Part shown: in pieces, positions 12,319-24,663 of the stretch
Layout: every line of letters begins with the position of its first letter
Position numbering within the stretch: the stretch's first letter is position 1
DNA from: Rozella allomycis CSF55
Taxonomy: Eukaryota
DNA: 47,849 nt
Direction: 5' to 3'
Assembly (NCBI GenBank): GCA_000442015.1
Contig: KE560662.1
Location: 1 to 47,849, forward strand
Notes under the pieces: generated by a model
What the model saw: the letters and a program-made list of their open reading frames with translations, nothing else
Told to the model about the DNA's origin: nothing
Database searches by the model: none
Program-made: the position numbers and the translations under genes

Positions 12319-13174
12319 TCACCCTATTTGAAATTTTATGTCAATATTTGCACCATCAGGAATATAATTTCTTTCTACCATTGTCATTTCGTTATTTTTA
12401 TCCAAAAGCATCACAGTACTACTTCTTGTACCATAGATTCTTTTTTGTAAGTTGTCTATTTCAATTTGCGGCACAAATATATTATTCAAAGGTTCAAGTG
12501 TCCTTTCAGGATCCATTTTAGGTTTTAGGAGATTAAAGAGACCATCTATGAACTCTTTCGTATTGGAGACTTGTAAATTAGAAAGTAGATAACTTTGTAA
12601 TGATGCCTTGAGCAAAGCTACTTTTGGGAAATCAGCACAAGCATAGTCATTATTAAATGGAATGTTGCTGACCACATTGATAATTCCTGTCTGACAATCT
12701 AACCGGTTCGTTTTTTGATCATCTTGAAAATTTGTAATGGAAACACCGTCAGAGTTAATTAAATCAATAAATCCTGCATTAAAAGGTTCGTAATCTCCTT
12801 GAATCAAAATATCATTGACATCACATGATTTATTGGATAGCTGAGACAAGACAACATACCCTCTAGATGTTGTATTACGCTCCATGGAATTCGATTTGGA
12901 GGTAGACTTGATGTTTGTGAGGAACCCCAAAATGCCTCAATGTATTAGATGCATTAACATACCAGTTTTGGCATTTACAGCTATCCATGTGCCATTTGCT
13001 TCGAGGTCTCTACCCCCATAAATATTTTCTTCTATTAAGCCCAAACAATTAGTTTTCCTATCGTAAAATTCATCTCTGTTGGATATTAATAAACTTTGAA
13101 GTTTCAAAATTAAGAAATTACAATTTGTATGGACAAAGTCCGGGATCCAAGAAAGCGAATGCTACGATACACAT
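12319..13174 (-). CDS. TANGO2: TANGO2/NRDE family protein
   Basis: Motifs MCIVAF, SNRDEFYDR, GGRDL..GTWIAV, FLTN, SRG, YGTRSSTV. Confidence 0.93.
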
Positions 13175-13209
13175 TGTGAAAATGTCAAAACTTAATTTTA
13201 TTGATTTTG

Positions 13210-15582
13210 TTAATTTATGAAAAATTGATGGAATGGATTTTCGAGATGCAAGTTCATTGCAATTATGTATTCGTATACTTGTAGTAGGAGGTTTGGGAAT
13301 CTGGATGAAAAATAGGTCCAATAACCATTAGGTAATGAACCGATTATCTTTTGTACTTGAGGATCGATCTCGTGATAATGATGGCGCTATAACAATGAAA
13401 TTGATTTTTTACCTTGTTCCTAATGACTCGTAGTAAATCTTTTAAAGATTTTTGATCGTAATTTCTGAATTGGAAAATGTCCAGTAAAAATATTCGATCG
13501 AGCTTTCTGGTCCATTCTTTTTCGTAAACATGCAAATTTCGTTTTTCCAGTGAATGCAATCTGTGATCGCCCTTGTCAAGTTTATCTGTAAAGTCGCTGA
13601 CTTCTTGAATGAAATTTAAGCATTTGTTGGCATTCCAAAAATAAGGATGTAAAAGTGCTTCTTCGGCTGATATTCTTTGAGAAGGAATATTTCTTATCAA
13701 CTTGGAAATAAGATTAGCGGCAAGTGGAGACAAATTTTCATCTAAACTGAGTTTTGAAGAAATGATGTTGGCTTCTCTTTCGTGTCCATCTCCAAATGGA
13801 TGTTTTCCATCTGTTAGAACGTAGTGAATCATACAGCCAAGAGAAAATAAATCAACTGATTTTGTCATCCGAGAAAGATATTTTGCTCTAAATGTTTCTG
13901 ATGATGAATTGGAGCTTGAATTTACAACCAAAAGGATCTCAGGTGCCCGCCATCCGATAGTGCCCGCATAAAACGTTGGCATGAAAGATGATTGACCCAT
14001 TTTCAACTTTTTCGATAATCCAAAATCAGTAATTAAGCATCTCCCCTTCGAATTAATTAATATGTTGGCTGGTTTCAAATCTCTGTGAACGATGTTCATT
14101 TTATGCAGATGAGAGACTCCATTTAATACATCAACAACAATTTGATTTTTATCTACTAATTTTAAAAGACTTGCTAGCTCTTCTTGCTTTTCAAATAGAT
14201 CTTGCAGGGAAGCTGAACAAAGCTCCAAAGCAATATATAAAAATTGGTCACATTCTTCTTTGCAGAAATATCTTACAACATTGGGATGCTCATCTGTTTC
14301 TTTTAACAAGGCAACTTCTTGGCCGCCGCTATCAATAAAATCGAGTAACATTCTTTTCACTGCTACCTCCCTTCCATCAAAATACCCTTTAAATACAACA
14401 GTGCCATGGCTTCCATAGCCTATAAAAATAAATTAATGCATTTACCTAATATTTCAGAGGTCAAAGTAATAAGCCTTAATTGGCGACTATTAGTCTGAAC
14501 ATTATTAAGACCCGGATTTGGGAGTTTTGAAAAGTACATAAAAATGGTACTTGCCATGAAAAATAAAGCAAGGTACAACCATGGAATTTTCAAGTGGCTA
14601 CGATCTGAAACAATTAGTTGCTGATCCCATTTTTCGACCTTCTTATCGCCTTTAAAATGCTCTAAAAGTTCATTTTTCTTCCTGTATACAACAAGGTCTG
14701 AGCTAACATGTCCAAGTAGTTTATTTTCCTTGTTAGACATAGGAAGTATTAAAGTGATGCCAGAGAGATGCTTGTACAAAATTTTAGACGTTTTAGATGA
14801 ATGAATTGAAACTGGGACTGCATCATAACCCTTCAACATGTAAAATGCGTTACTTATGGGCGCGGCTATAGAAACACTCCATGCAAGTCGATCTTTTTGT
14901 TATAAATCTATACACATACCATCTACGTATACAAAAATCGTATTAAAAGAAACGTATATTCTGTAATTTTCGGGTATTTGGGCATTCGAATATACAAGCG
15001 GTCTGATTTCTACAAAATCCATGTTCCATTTCAATCGCATATCTTCATTGTCAAATATTTTCAAGTTATAGTCTATAAAAAATAAATTAATGCACTACCA
15101 TTTCGACCAATTATGATTGAATTTTCAGATTTTAAATCACAACTTGTAGAATCCACTTCAAGTTCATTATGAAGCAAAATGTCAATGTTTCCGTTTCTAG
15201 AGTCCAGGGAATAGATAGAACCAGTTTTATGGCCTACGATCAAATCTTTTGAAATCTGAACGGGGGATTGAGCGACAAGTTCGGGAATAGAATTTTGCCA
15301 TTTGATCAGACGTTTATCAGCATCTAACGAATACAAATGACCGTATCCTGAAGGATCTATATAATATTCTTGGTTGATTAATTTAGTGTCTTGGTTGACT
15401 GTTGGGGTTAAAATATTTGTTTTCCATTTTAAATCTCCATTGGCAATAGAGAGCGCCATAAGATCTCCATCCAGACTTGTTACAAAAATGAAGTCTTTTT
15501 GTGCATCAAGTTTGATTTTTTGAGGCAAGTCACACCCAACAAAAGTAACAAACAACCAAAACGGCAAAAATGTAAATTTCAT
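13210..15582 (-). CDS. IRE1: IRE1 ER stress sensor kinase/endoribonuclease
   Basis: Signal peptide, luminal region, TM helix, kinase (GYGSHGT, HRDLKPANIL, DFGLSKKL) and KEN domain (DLLRVIRNK|RHHY). Confidence 0.95.
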
Positions 15583-15752
15583 GGTTGAATTTCCGAAATC
15601 TTAAAATAGATCATGATTGAAGTTTGAAAGAAGTTCCTTTAAAGAGAGAGTCTAAACAAAATATTTAATATACACAAAAAAATTTGAATCACAAGAAGAT
15701 CTGTTTATTAATGTCAAATGCTCAAGGCTTCAGATTTACAACGTGCAGTGTA

Positions 15753-17018
15753 CTAAATAGATCCGACGTGGTTCTTTGGTACCCAACCTGTTTCACCTTT
15801 TTCATTTTCAGCAAACAACCAATTCTTTTCCACTCTCTTTATTCTTAATGTTTCATCCTGTATTTGAATCAAAATAGAATGCGGTTACTTTTTTAATAGT
15901 CATTTCACGAGGTCTGCGAGATACAAAGTCATAAATTACGATAGTATTATCAAGGGGATTTTGGTTGGTTAAATTATCAGATGTGGCAAATCTCCCTCCT
16001 TCATTGGCATGGATATTGGCATCTAAAAGTCCATTAACTTTTCCAGTGCTAATAGAAGGCGATTCTGAATTGATAATTAAATTTTTATCATTTAAACTCT
16101 TTTCTGATTCGAATTTAATGGAGATAGGCCTTGAAGGAACCTTTTCATCTAAATTCTAAATTTGAAGCATACCAACAGTATTTACGTAGCTCATTATATT
16201 ATCCATTAAATTTTTAGGCAGAGGAATGGAAGCGTCTGGGGCATAGACAGCATTTATGATGCCTTCAATCTCATTTAACATATTAGATTCTTTTTCGGAA
16301 AAGACTTTAGCTTGATGCTTAAGAAATACAGAAATTTTCTGCAATATGAATGAAGCGTTTCTTCGTTCTTCGTCAACACCTTCATTATAGTAAACATTTT
16401 TGGATCTCTCTAATTCTCCTTCCTTGAAAGACAATTCTTTAACCATCTATGATTTAATATGATTAATCATTACCGCGGGGTAATTTAATGATTTCTTTTT
16501 GGCTGCTTTATCACATTTCTTGTTGAGCGACTTAATTTCATCTGAAAGCTTTCTAAGAATTTCCCCATTTCTTTTTTCAGAATCCTTTATTGAAATAAGA
16601 GTTCATCATACCAAAATTGTTTGCGTATGGCTGTCCAAGTTTTTTGTAAGGGGTAGTTCGACATCCTTGGTCAGAACATTAACAATATTTTTGTCCAATT
16701 TCATATTTCTTTCAATTACGTTGGCACACGACTGAAATGCTATGGCTGAATTTATGGTAGATTATTCGATTTACCATTAGAACTGCCGATACCTCCACAA
16801 TGAGACAATTCATTTAGCGAAGTAATCAAATTATTTGAAGTCTCGATCAAATAAGACACGGAATTTTTATAATTTTCAATATCTCGTATAAGTTGCTGAT
16901 ACTTTGCTAGAGTATTTCTAATCTCAAATCTCAGAAACACACCCATTCTGGATCCTGGCACTTCATCTTTTCGATCAACGTCTACTTTTGTCGATACTCT
17001 TTTAATTGAACTGGTCAT
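15753..17018 (-). CDS. BAR/I-BAR-like helical domain plus C-terminal SH3 protein
   Basis: SH3 signature VIYDFVSRRPREMTIK...NWLFAENEKGETGWVPKNHV. The N-terminal helical region with EERR resembles IMD/Ivy1. Confidence 0.6.
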
Positions 17019-17058
17019 TCTTTAATGAAGTGGCTTGGTACCGCAATAAATGAAATGG

Positions 17059-17337
17059 TTATTTATTAGATTTATCACGTGCTTGAAGTAACGACTTTTG
17101 AAGTTCAACAAAACTTTTCAGCTCGGGATCAAGTTTTTCAATTAAATTTACGTTATATTTCTTTTCATACTCTTTCACATCTTCCAAATATTCTATCCAG
17201 ACACATTTTTCGCATCCACTCATACAACAGTTGCTAGGAGGCTCTGGTTCAGGGGGCAACTTTGTAGAATAGTTAATCCAGTTTCTTGCAGTCCCTAAAA
17301 CACCCCACTTTGGTCTAGACTTTCTTAAAATCGACAT
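17059..17337 (-). CDS. OXLD1: Oxidoreductase-like domain-containing protein 1
   Basis: Motif [23 protein letters not shown]. The likely start is MSILRK at 17337; the alternative ATG is 17421. Confidence 0.85.
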   Translation of the reverse strand: MSILRKSRPKWGVLGTARNWINYSTKLPPEPEPPSNCCMSGCEKCVWIEYLEDVKEYEKKYNVNLIEKLDPELKSFVELQKSLLQARDKSNK

Positions 17338-17604
17338 TTGAGAAAATTCATTGTCTTTCCCATAAATTGATGGCGGCAAAGGTTTAACCCCTGTCAAGCA
17401 AAAAATCTTTACCAAATCCATTCAATGTATAGAAATAATAGAAATAGAACATATCATAGACTTGCAAAACCAATCATTTACATACCCTCCAGACCCAGAC
17501 CTAACATTCAACAATCAAACAATGCAACAAGCGGGCAAACTCAAGTACGTCAAAACTAAAGCAACTTAAATATCATAGACATTAATAAAATACATTATAC
17601 ATAT

Positions 17605-18803
17605 TTATTCTTCAATTTCAAGAACAATGTTTTCTTTTAATGACCCCAAAAATACTTGAACAAGATTCCAACGCCAACCTGCATATAATGTCGAAATTCC
17701 TTCCTCTTTAATGATCTAAGCTTACAGTGTAAGCAAATATTTACTCTAGTTAGACAATTAACAGCATTAATGTAAGGAAAGACACTAATTCGTACACAAG
17801 TCCTGAATGAAGGAGACGCTTGTATCGAGAGGCGCATGTAAATAGTTTCTAGAGGCGTCCGTATCAACAAAGCGCCAAGTTTAAGAAGTATTAATGCTAA
17901 AATTTGAATTGAAATAGATTTGCCGCTCAAAAACCTCCTTGTTAAAATTGTGGGGCCGAATTGTAATATTGGCATAGCGGAGACATAGAAAAGTAGAAAT
18001 GATGGATACTTAAAAAAGCCAGATATCCCTTCTTGCTGGATAATGGTGCCAATCGTTTTAAATCCAAAGTATCTCTTCTCTTTTCTCAACGCGCTTTGAA
18101 CCATTAATCTTTAAAAACGTTTCTTTTTAATTTACCTTGTTTGCACTACAAAAATTGGATGTGTTACAAAGTTCGCCACAGTATTACTCAATGCGATTGT
18201 CATTAAATTAGGAACGAAAGTATTTNATTGTCATTAAATTAGGAACAAAAGTATTTGTAGTTAGCCAATCCATGTTATCAGCTCTGAAAAATGTTAGTAG
18301 CCTGCTTTCAAAAAACTTTTGCGTAAAATGAAAAATTATCTTTCTTAGAGAATGCGTGATGTATCCTATTAATGAAATCAGAGTATTTTACCCCTCCAAA
18401 GCCCAACGATTCCAAGCGTATTAGTTATAGATTTGAGGACACTTAAGGTTTTATCGCCTTTTTCTAATTTAACCATAAATCTCTGCCTATCATATTCATT
18501 GTCATTCAAATATCCCATATAGTCTGTTGGTGCGACGTAGTTGGGATCATACTCAACAGATCGGCTATAACGGCGCTTTCCTTCTTTTTTAATTTCTTCT
18601 TGTTCATAATTCCTATACACGACTCGTTGAAATGTTAACGCCATTTGAATGGGGTTTTGAATTGCGGCGATTCCAAAAACAAGCAAGACATAGTTCTTCA
18701 TGTCAGAAAAATCTTCATCCTCGGCTGTTTGCGAAGCAATATTCTTTTCGGCGTTAATGTAGTCGTCAAGGTATGATAAATCAGAAAGCTTGGCTTCATC
18801 CAT
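17605..18803 (-). CDS. Degenerate mitochondrial carrier-fold protein, Ugo1/SLC25A46-like
   Basis: Carrier signatures THPIFVVQTR|LMVQS, TPLETIYMRLSIQ, GIVGLWRG, EEGISTLYAGWRW, with an acidic insert. Confidence 0.7.
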
Positions 18804-19153
18804 TTTTGAAATTTCCAATGCAGATTTAGCCGAGAAAATTGCAATAAATTAAATACAGGAATTATAAATGATTAAAATGAGAATGTGTATTGATATATCA
18901 TATACAAATTGGATTCAATTATGGTTTTATTGATTTCCCTTATATCAAACTTTCAATAAAGTCTTGATTAATTAAATATTTAAATGGATTTATTAAAAAA
19001 CTATAAAAAAACGAACTAAAAAATCTCCTTCGTTTGGAATCAAGTATAGTGAACACAGAACACGAGTTTATATGTGCCTATATAAGTTTGACATCAACAA
19101 ATAATTTAAAAGATTTGAATTTATGCTAACAAATAAGAGCTATTTTGAAAACG

Positions 19154-19161
19154 TGACGTCA
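19154..19161. promoter_or_regulatory. Perfect CRE palindrome TGACGTCA upstream of the bZIP gene
   Basis: Lies about 64-71 nt before ATG 19225, followed by TATAAA near 19208. Confidence 0.5.
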
Positions 19162-19224
19162 TTAATCGGATGAGATGATGCATTGATTTCTGTTGACGAC
19201 ACGGAAATATAAATACAATCATCG

Positions 19225-19722
19225 ATGATTCGGAATATTGGTGCCAGCAATATAGAATGCCAACATCACTATTCCGAAAGAAATAAATCATGTACAAATT
19301 GCATAAGCGTAGAATCTCGGCAAAGAATCTCCATTAACGCACTTATAAACTACGATGACCTAGAAAGTAGTTCGAATAATGGAGCCAATGATGCAATCTT
19401 GGATAAGAGTACACTAGCCTTTTCGATGGGGTTTGATACGAACGACGAAACAATGAAGATCTTGGAATCTTGTGAATACATCGCTGTTGGAGATATCAAT
19501 ACATTGAATCAATGTATGGAATATGAAGACAGAAAAGAAAGAAGAAAGCGACAGAACAGAGAGGCCGCCAAGAGGTCTAGATTAAGGAGACTGAAATCGG
19601 TCAAGGAAATGGAGGAAATGTAAGTTCATTTAATAAATTTAAACAGGTTGCGTAAATTATCCGTTGAAAATCAGATTCTAAGGTATGAAAATATAAAGCT
19701 GAAAACTATGTTACCTAAATAA
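19225..19722 (+). CDS. bZIP transcription factor (two exons)
   Basis: Basic region RRKRQNREAAKRSRLRR. The zipper continues after intron 19620-19646 (LRKLSVENQILRYENIKLK). Confidence 0.9.
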
Positions 19723-19869
19723 ACCTCTATTCATATTGCCCTTAAAGTAGTAAAAGAACATTAAATTTTGATATTTGACGTGATATTTTTTCATTTGCGC
19801 GATAAATTTGCATATTCTTTTTCTAGAAGAGAAAAGAACAAATTTCCCTAAACAACCCTTGTAAAGTGT

Positions 19870-21646
19870 ATGACTTCAGCGTTACTTCTTGGAGGTGATA
19901 GAACTACAGGACAAGATGTGCGTACGAATAATGGTAGGGTTTAGTTATTTTAATTGAGGTAGTGAGTGCTTGTATGGCAGTAGCCAGAATTGTGCATACA
20001 TCTTTGGGACCTCAAGGATTGGATAAAATGATGGTGGATGACATTGGAGTAAGGATAAGGAGTGTGTTTTGATAGGATACAACTATATCGAATGATGGAG
20101 CGACTATTTTGGGATTATTGGATGTAGAACATCCGGCTGCCAGGGTTTTGGTGGAGTTAGCTCAACAGCAGGATAAGGAAGTGGGAGATGGAACTACTAG
20201 TGTAGTTATAATTGCAGCTGAATTGCTTCGTAGGGCTAATGAGTTGGTGAAGAGCAATATTCATCCAACCACGATTATTGCTGGGTATAGAATGGCAGTG
20301 AAGGAAGCTTGTAGATTTATAGCTGAACACATGGCAGTTAAAGTTGATAGTCTTGGAAGAGAATGTTTAGTGAACTGTGCCAAGACAAGTTTATCATCAA
20401 AGATAGTTGGAGGATTTGATGAAGATTTCTTTTCCAATTTGGTTGTTGATGCAATGTTGGCTGTTAAACAAACTAATTCCAAAGGAGAAAGCAATTATCC
20501 TGTCAAAGGAGTTAATATTTTGAAGGCTCATGGCCAAAGTGCAAGAGAAAGTATGTTTGTCAAGGGCTATGCGTTGAATTGTACGGTAGCGTCACAAGCT
20601 ATGAAGAAGAGAATTGTAGGAGCTAAAATAGCTTGTTTGGATATGAATTTGCAAAAAGTTAGAATGCATTTGGGAGTTAACATTGTTGTTGATAATCCAG
20701 ACAAATTGGAAGACATTAGAGCGAGAGAATCTGATATTATGAAAGAAAGAATTCAAAAGATTTTAGCTTCAGGGGCTAACGTTATTTTGACAACAAAAGG
20801 AATTGATGATTTTTCAATGAAATATTTTGTTGAAGCTGGAGCAATGGTAACATTAACAACTATTTCTTTAATCTAGGTAAATTTAAATAGTTTATTTTAT
20901 ATTTAGGCTGTTAGAAGAGTCAAGAAGGATGATTTAAAGAGAATAGCAAAAGCTACAGGCGCTACAATGATTTCTACGTTGGCCAACTTGGAGGGAGAAG
21001 AAACATTTGAAGCTTCTTATTTGGGTTACGCAGAAGAAGTTTCACAAACAAGAATCAGCGATGATGAATGCATCTTAATCAAGGGAACAAAATCTCATTC
21101 TTCTGCTTCTTTGGTCCTTCGTGGTGCAAATGATTTTCAATTAGATGAAATGGAACGTTCTCTTCATGATGCTCTCTGTGTTGTCAAAAGAACTTTGGAA
21201 TCCAACTCTGTTGTTCCTGGCGGTGGTGCTGTTGAAGCAGCTGTTAACATGTACTTGGAAACTTTCTCCACAACTCTCGGCTCAAGAGAACAATTGGCTG
21301 TTAATGAATTCGCTCAAGCGTTACTTGTTATCCCTAAAACATTGGCTGTCAACGCTGCAAAAGACTCAACCGAGTTGGTTGCTAAATTAAGAGCTTATCA
21401 ATACTCGGCTCAAAAAGACGATTCTAAAAAACATCTCAAATGGTATCATTCCATCTTATTTATCATTCTAGGATGGGATTAGATTTAATGGAAGGCGTTA
21501 TTAGAGATAACCTCAAGGCTGGTGTTCTAGAACCTGCTCTCTCCAAAATCAAAATGTTAAAAGCCGCTACTGAAGCTGCCATTTCAATTCTTAGAATCGA
21601 TGATATGATTAAATTAAAGCCTGTAAACCCTGAAGGTCAACAATAA
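19870..21646 (+). CDS. TCP1: T-complex protein 1 subunit alpha
   Basis: Motifs [63 protein letters not shown]. Confidence 0.97.
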
Positions 21647-21753
21647 ACTTTGATTTTTAATTCTATTTTTGTATGAAATATTAAGTATTGACTATTGAGG
21701 ATATAAATTTCAATTTTTTTTCATTTTAGTCTTGTTTCGTTTCCAAATTTCTT

Positions 21754-23803
21754 ATGGATTTTTCAACAATCACTTCCAACGATCTTCTNTCACTTCAAAC
21801 GATCTTCTCAATCAAATCAAAAATGCAGAGTACAATTTCATCGATTACAAACGCTTAGCGAATCTAGTAAGTTACATCTTTTTTTCAAATAGGAATATCT
21901 GCAACAAAATATAGACAAAGTGAAAGAATCAAAATCTCATCTCCAAATCACTCCAAAAGTTATTTCAAAAGATAAATTAATGAATTCTATAGCTTTAAAT
22001 TCCAACAAGACAGTCCGTTGCACAACATCTACCCTCAAAGATTCAAAAAGCTACAACGTCTATTCCCAGCCATTGCCATACTTTGAAAAACTACCATCTT
22101 ATTCTTATTTTATACCAACATCTAAAAATATTCGATGTGAAGATGATCCAGTTTTGAGACATATTCCATATCTCGGTGACGACAAGTACATTCCAATTGA
22201 CGAATTATACGAAGCAATTGCATTCAAAGAAGATGAAAGAAGTAATTTATTCGTATCGCTCTTATAGAAATCGACAAGAATGGTTATTTAGCATTCAAAA
22301 CATTGACATCTTTCGGCATAGACATACGTTGGTTAAAAACTGTGTATCTGCGTGTCATTGAAACATTATGGTCAGATGACTATTACATCGAGCAAGTAGA
22401 CAAGCTGGACGACGAAGAAAACGTTTTAACAAATTTTTGGTTATTAGAAAGCCAGGATCCTCATCTCGTGAATTTTTTGTGGCGGTTGGCTAAAATGCTT
22501 AATATTCCAGTCATGCGAATGCTTGAACGCGTGTTTGAAAGACATGAAAAGTCGGAAGGATTATTGCTGCCCAGATTGCATGAAAATGTGGATGATCCGA
22601 ATTCTAATATTCACAAGGAAAAATGCTTGGAATCTTACCAAATGCTGTTTTGCACTAGATGCTATATTTATGATTGCCATTTGCATAGAGCGCCAAGTGG
22701 ACGCAAACAAGTGGAAAGTCCGGAATACGTAAAGCCTGATTCCCCTTGTGGGGATTCTTGTTTTCTTAATGAAAAGGAAGTGAAAGTTGTCGATGCTGAT
22801 TGGACCAGCGTTGAACTTGCTTTTTTGCATCAAGGAGTTCATGTATTTGGTAATCATTTCTGCAATGTCTCCAAATTGATAAAAACAAAATCATGCATCC
22901 AAGTTTACCTAAAGCTATCGGAAAATCCAATTCAAGAAATTAACAATACGGCGAACAATGAAGCGCCTGCCCAAAGAAAGAAAACCAAAGTACAAAATGA
23001 TAAACTGCCAGGTAATTTGTTTTCACTTTAAAGATAGTCTTGAAAAGTAAATCAGCAGTAGATCATGTATATTACCCATGTAATCATCCTGGTACTCCAT
23101 GCAACAATCATTGTTCTTGCTTTTCAAGATCATTGTTTTGTGAAAAATATTGTCATTGTGATGAATCTTGTTCTCACAGATTTCCTGGATGCAAATGCAA
23201 AGGTCCTTGCGACTCTAAAACTTGTAATTCATTCAAGGAAGTGATATAGGTCCATGCGTTGCCAATCAAAGAGAATGTGATCCCGATCTGTGTCTTGGAT
23301 GCGGTGCAAGTGGTATTACATTTACTTTTATAATANTGCAAAAATACAGTCATTCAAAGGAATCAAGGCTATGTAAATACACATTATCGTTTAAATAGCA
23401 TGTTCTAGTTGCCAAGTCTAGCGTTGCTGGTTGGGGTGCTTTTGTGAAGAACTTTATTAAAAAGGATGAATTTATAGGAGAATATTGTGGTGAAATAATA
23501 TCACAGAATGAGGCAGACAGAAGAGGGCGATTGTATGATAGATTAGGAACAAGTTTTCTGTTCAATTTGGATGATGAATTTGTAATTGATGCTACAAGAA
23601 AGGGTAACGCTTTGAGATTCGCTAATCATTCCGTAAATCCAAATTGCTATGCCAAAATATTACGAATAAATGGAGACTGCAGAATTGGAATATTCGCATT
23701 AAATGATTTAAAGCCAGCCGAGGAATTATTTTTTGACTACAGATACGGCGATGAAGCTGTTCAATTTGTTCCAATTGAAAGAAAAAATAAAAATAATCAA
23801 TAA
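21754..23803 (+). CDS. EZH2: Enhancer of zeste H3K27 methyltransferase (PRC2 catalytic subunit)
   Basis: [35 protein letters not shown] (FCEKYC...RFPGC.C...RECDPDLC) and SET ([36 protein letters not shown]). Confidence 0.95.
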
Positions 23804-23808
23804 ATAAT

Positions 23809-24590
23809 TTATGAAGACCATATGAATCCATGTGTTTCAAAATTTTTTGTTAAAATAGTTAGCCTTAAATGAACTTGGCCCACTGTTAGTGTTGTGAAAC
23901 GATGCCTTTCATCTCCTTTATAAATGATAGAAATATCTTTCATCTCCATTTTAGAGTTTCCAAAATAATCTAAGACAAATATTATTTTAGATTACTAAAC
24001 ATTTTGNCGTCAGTGTTGTAAAACGATGTCTTTCATCACCTCTATAAATGATCGAAATATCTTTCAGCTCCATTTTAGAATTTCCAAAATAATCTAAGAC
24101 AAATGTTATTTTAGATTACTAAACATTTTGTCACGGAAAGGACTCTGAGGCATCCACAATGAGCATGATAAATCATGAGTTCCAGGTGTCATTGGCAAGT
24201 TTAAACATCCGTAACCAACTTTATGACCCAATAAGAACCCAATTACTAACATCTACAACACCCGATGAATTCGATCTCAGTATTTGAAAAATTAATTTAG
24301 GCCAAAATTCAGCAGTGCTAGTAGAATAATGAACGTCATATCAAAATAATCGTATATAATTACCGATTGGATGTGACCATATGAATGTATTTGATTCATT
24401 CTCTATATTATAAGCTTTACATAAATACGCTAGGTTTGTCAAACTGCGATACTCCGGTTTCAAAACCTTGCAATAGTTGCCATTTTTCCTTGTCTTCTCT
24501 AATAAATTGGAAATTGCACGCTAAGCAATCTCCATATGATTCATATATTGTTGCACCTATTATTTGACCAATCGCTATAAATTGTGCCAT
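23809..24590 (-). CDS. B9D2: B9 domain protein 2 (ciliary transition zone, MKS module)
   Basis: MAQFIAIGQIIGA...WQLLQGFETGVSQFD...WSHPI|DVHY...WPKL...GYG...PMTPGTH...IYRGDERHRFTT. Part of the last exon is duplicated across N24007. Confidence 0.9.
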
Positions 24591-24663
24591 TCTGATTTTT
24601 CAATAATCCAAATTGCAGTCACAAAATAATGCTTCAAGTGAAAAAATATTTTATTAATTTATA

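Noticed and set aside
19225..19722. bZIP as a HAC1/XBP1 linked to the nearby IRE1
   Set aside because: The basic region is not HAC1-like, the intron is ordinary GT-AG, and I found no paired CNGCNG stem-loops.
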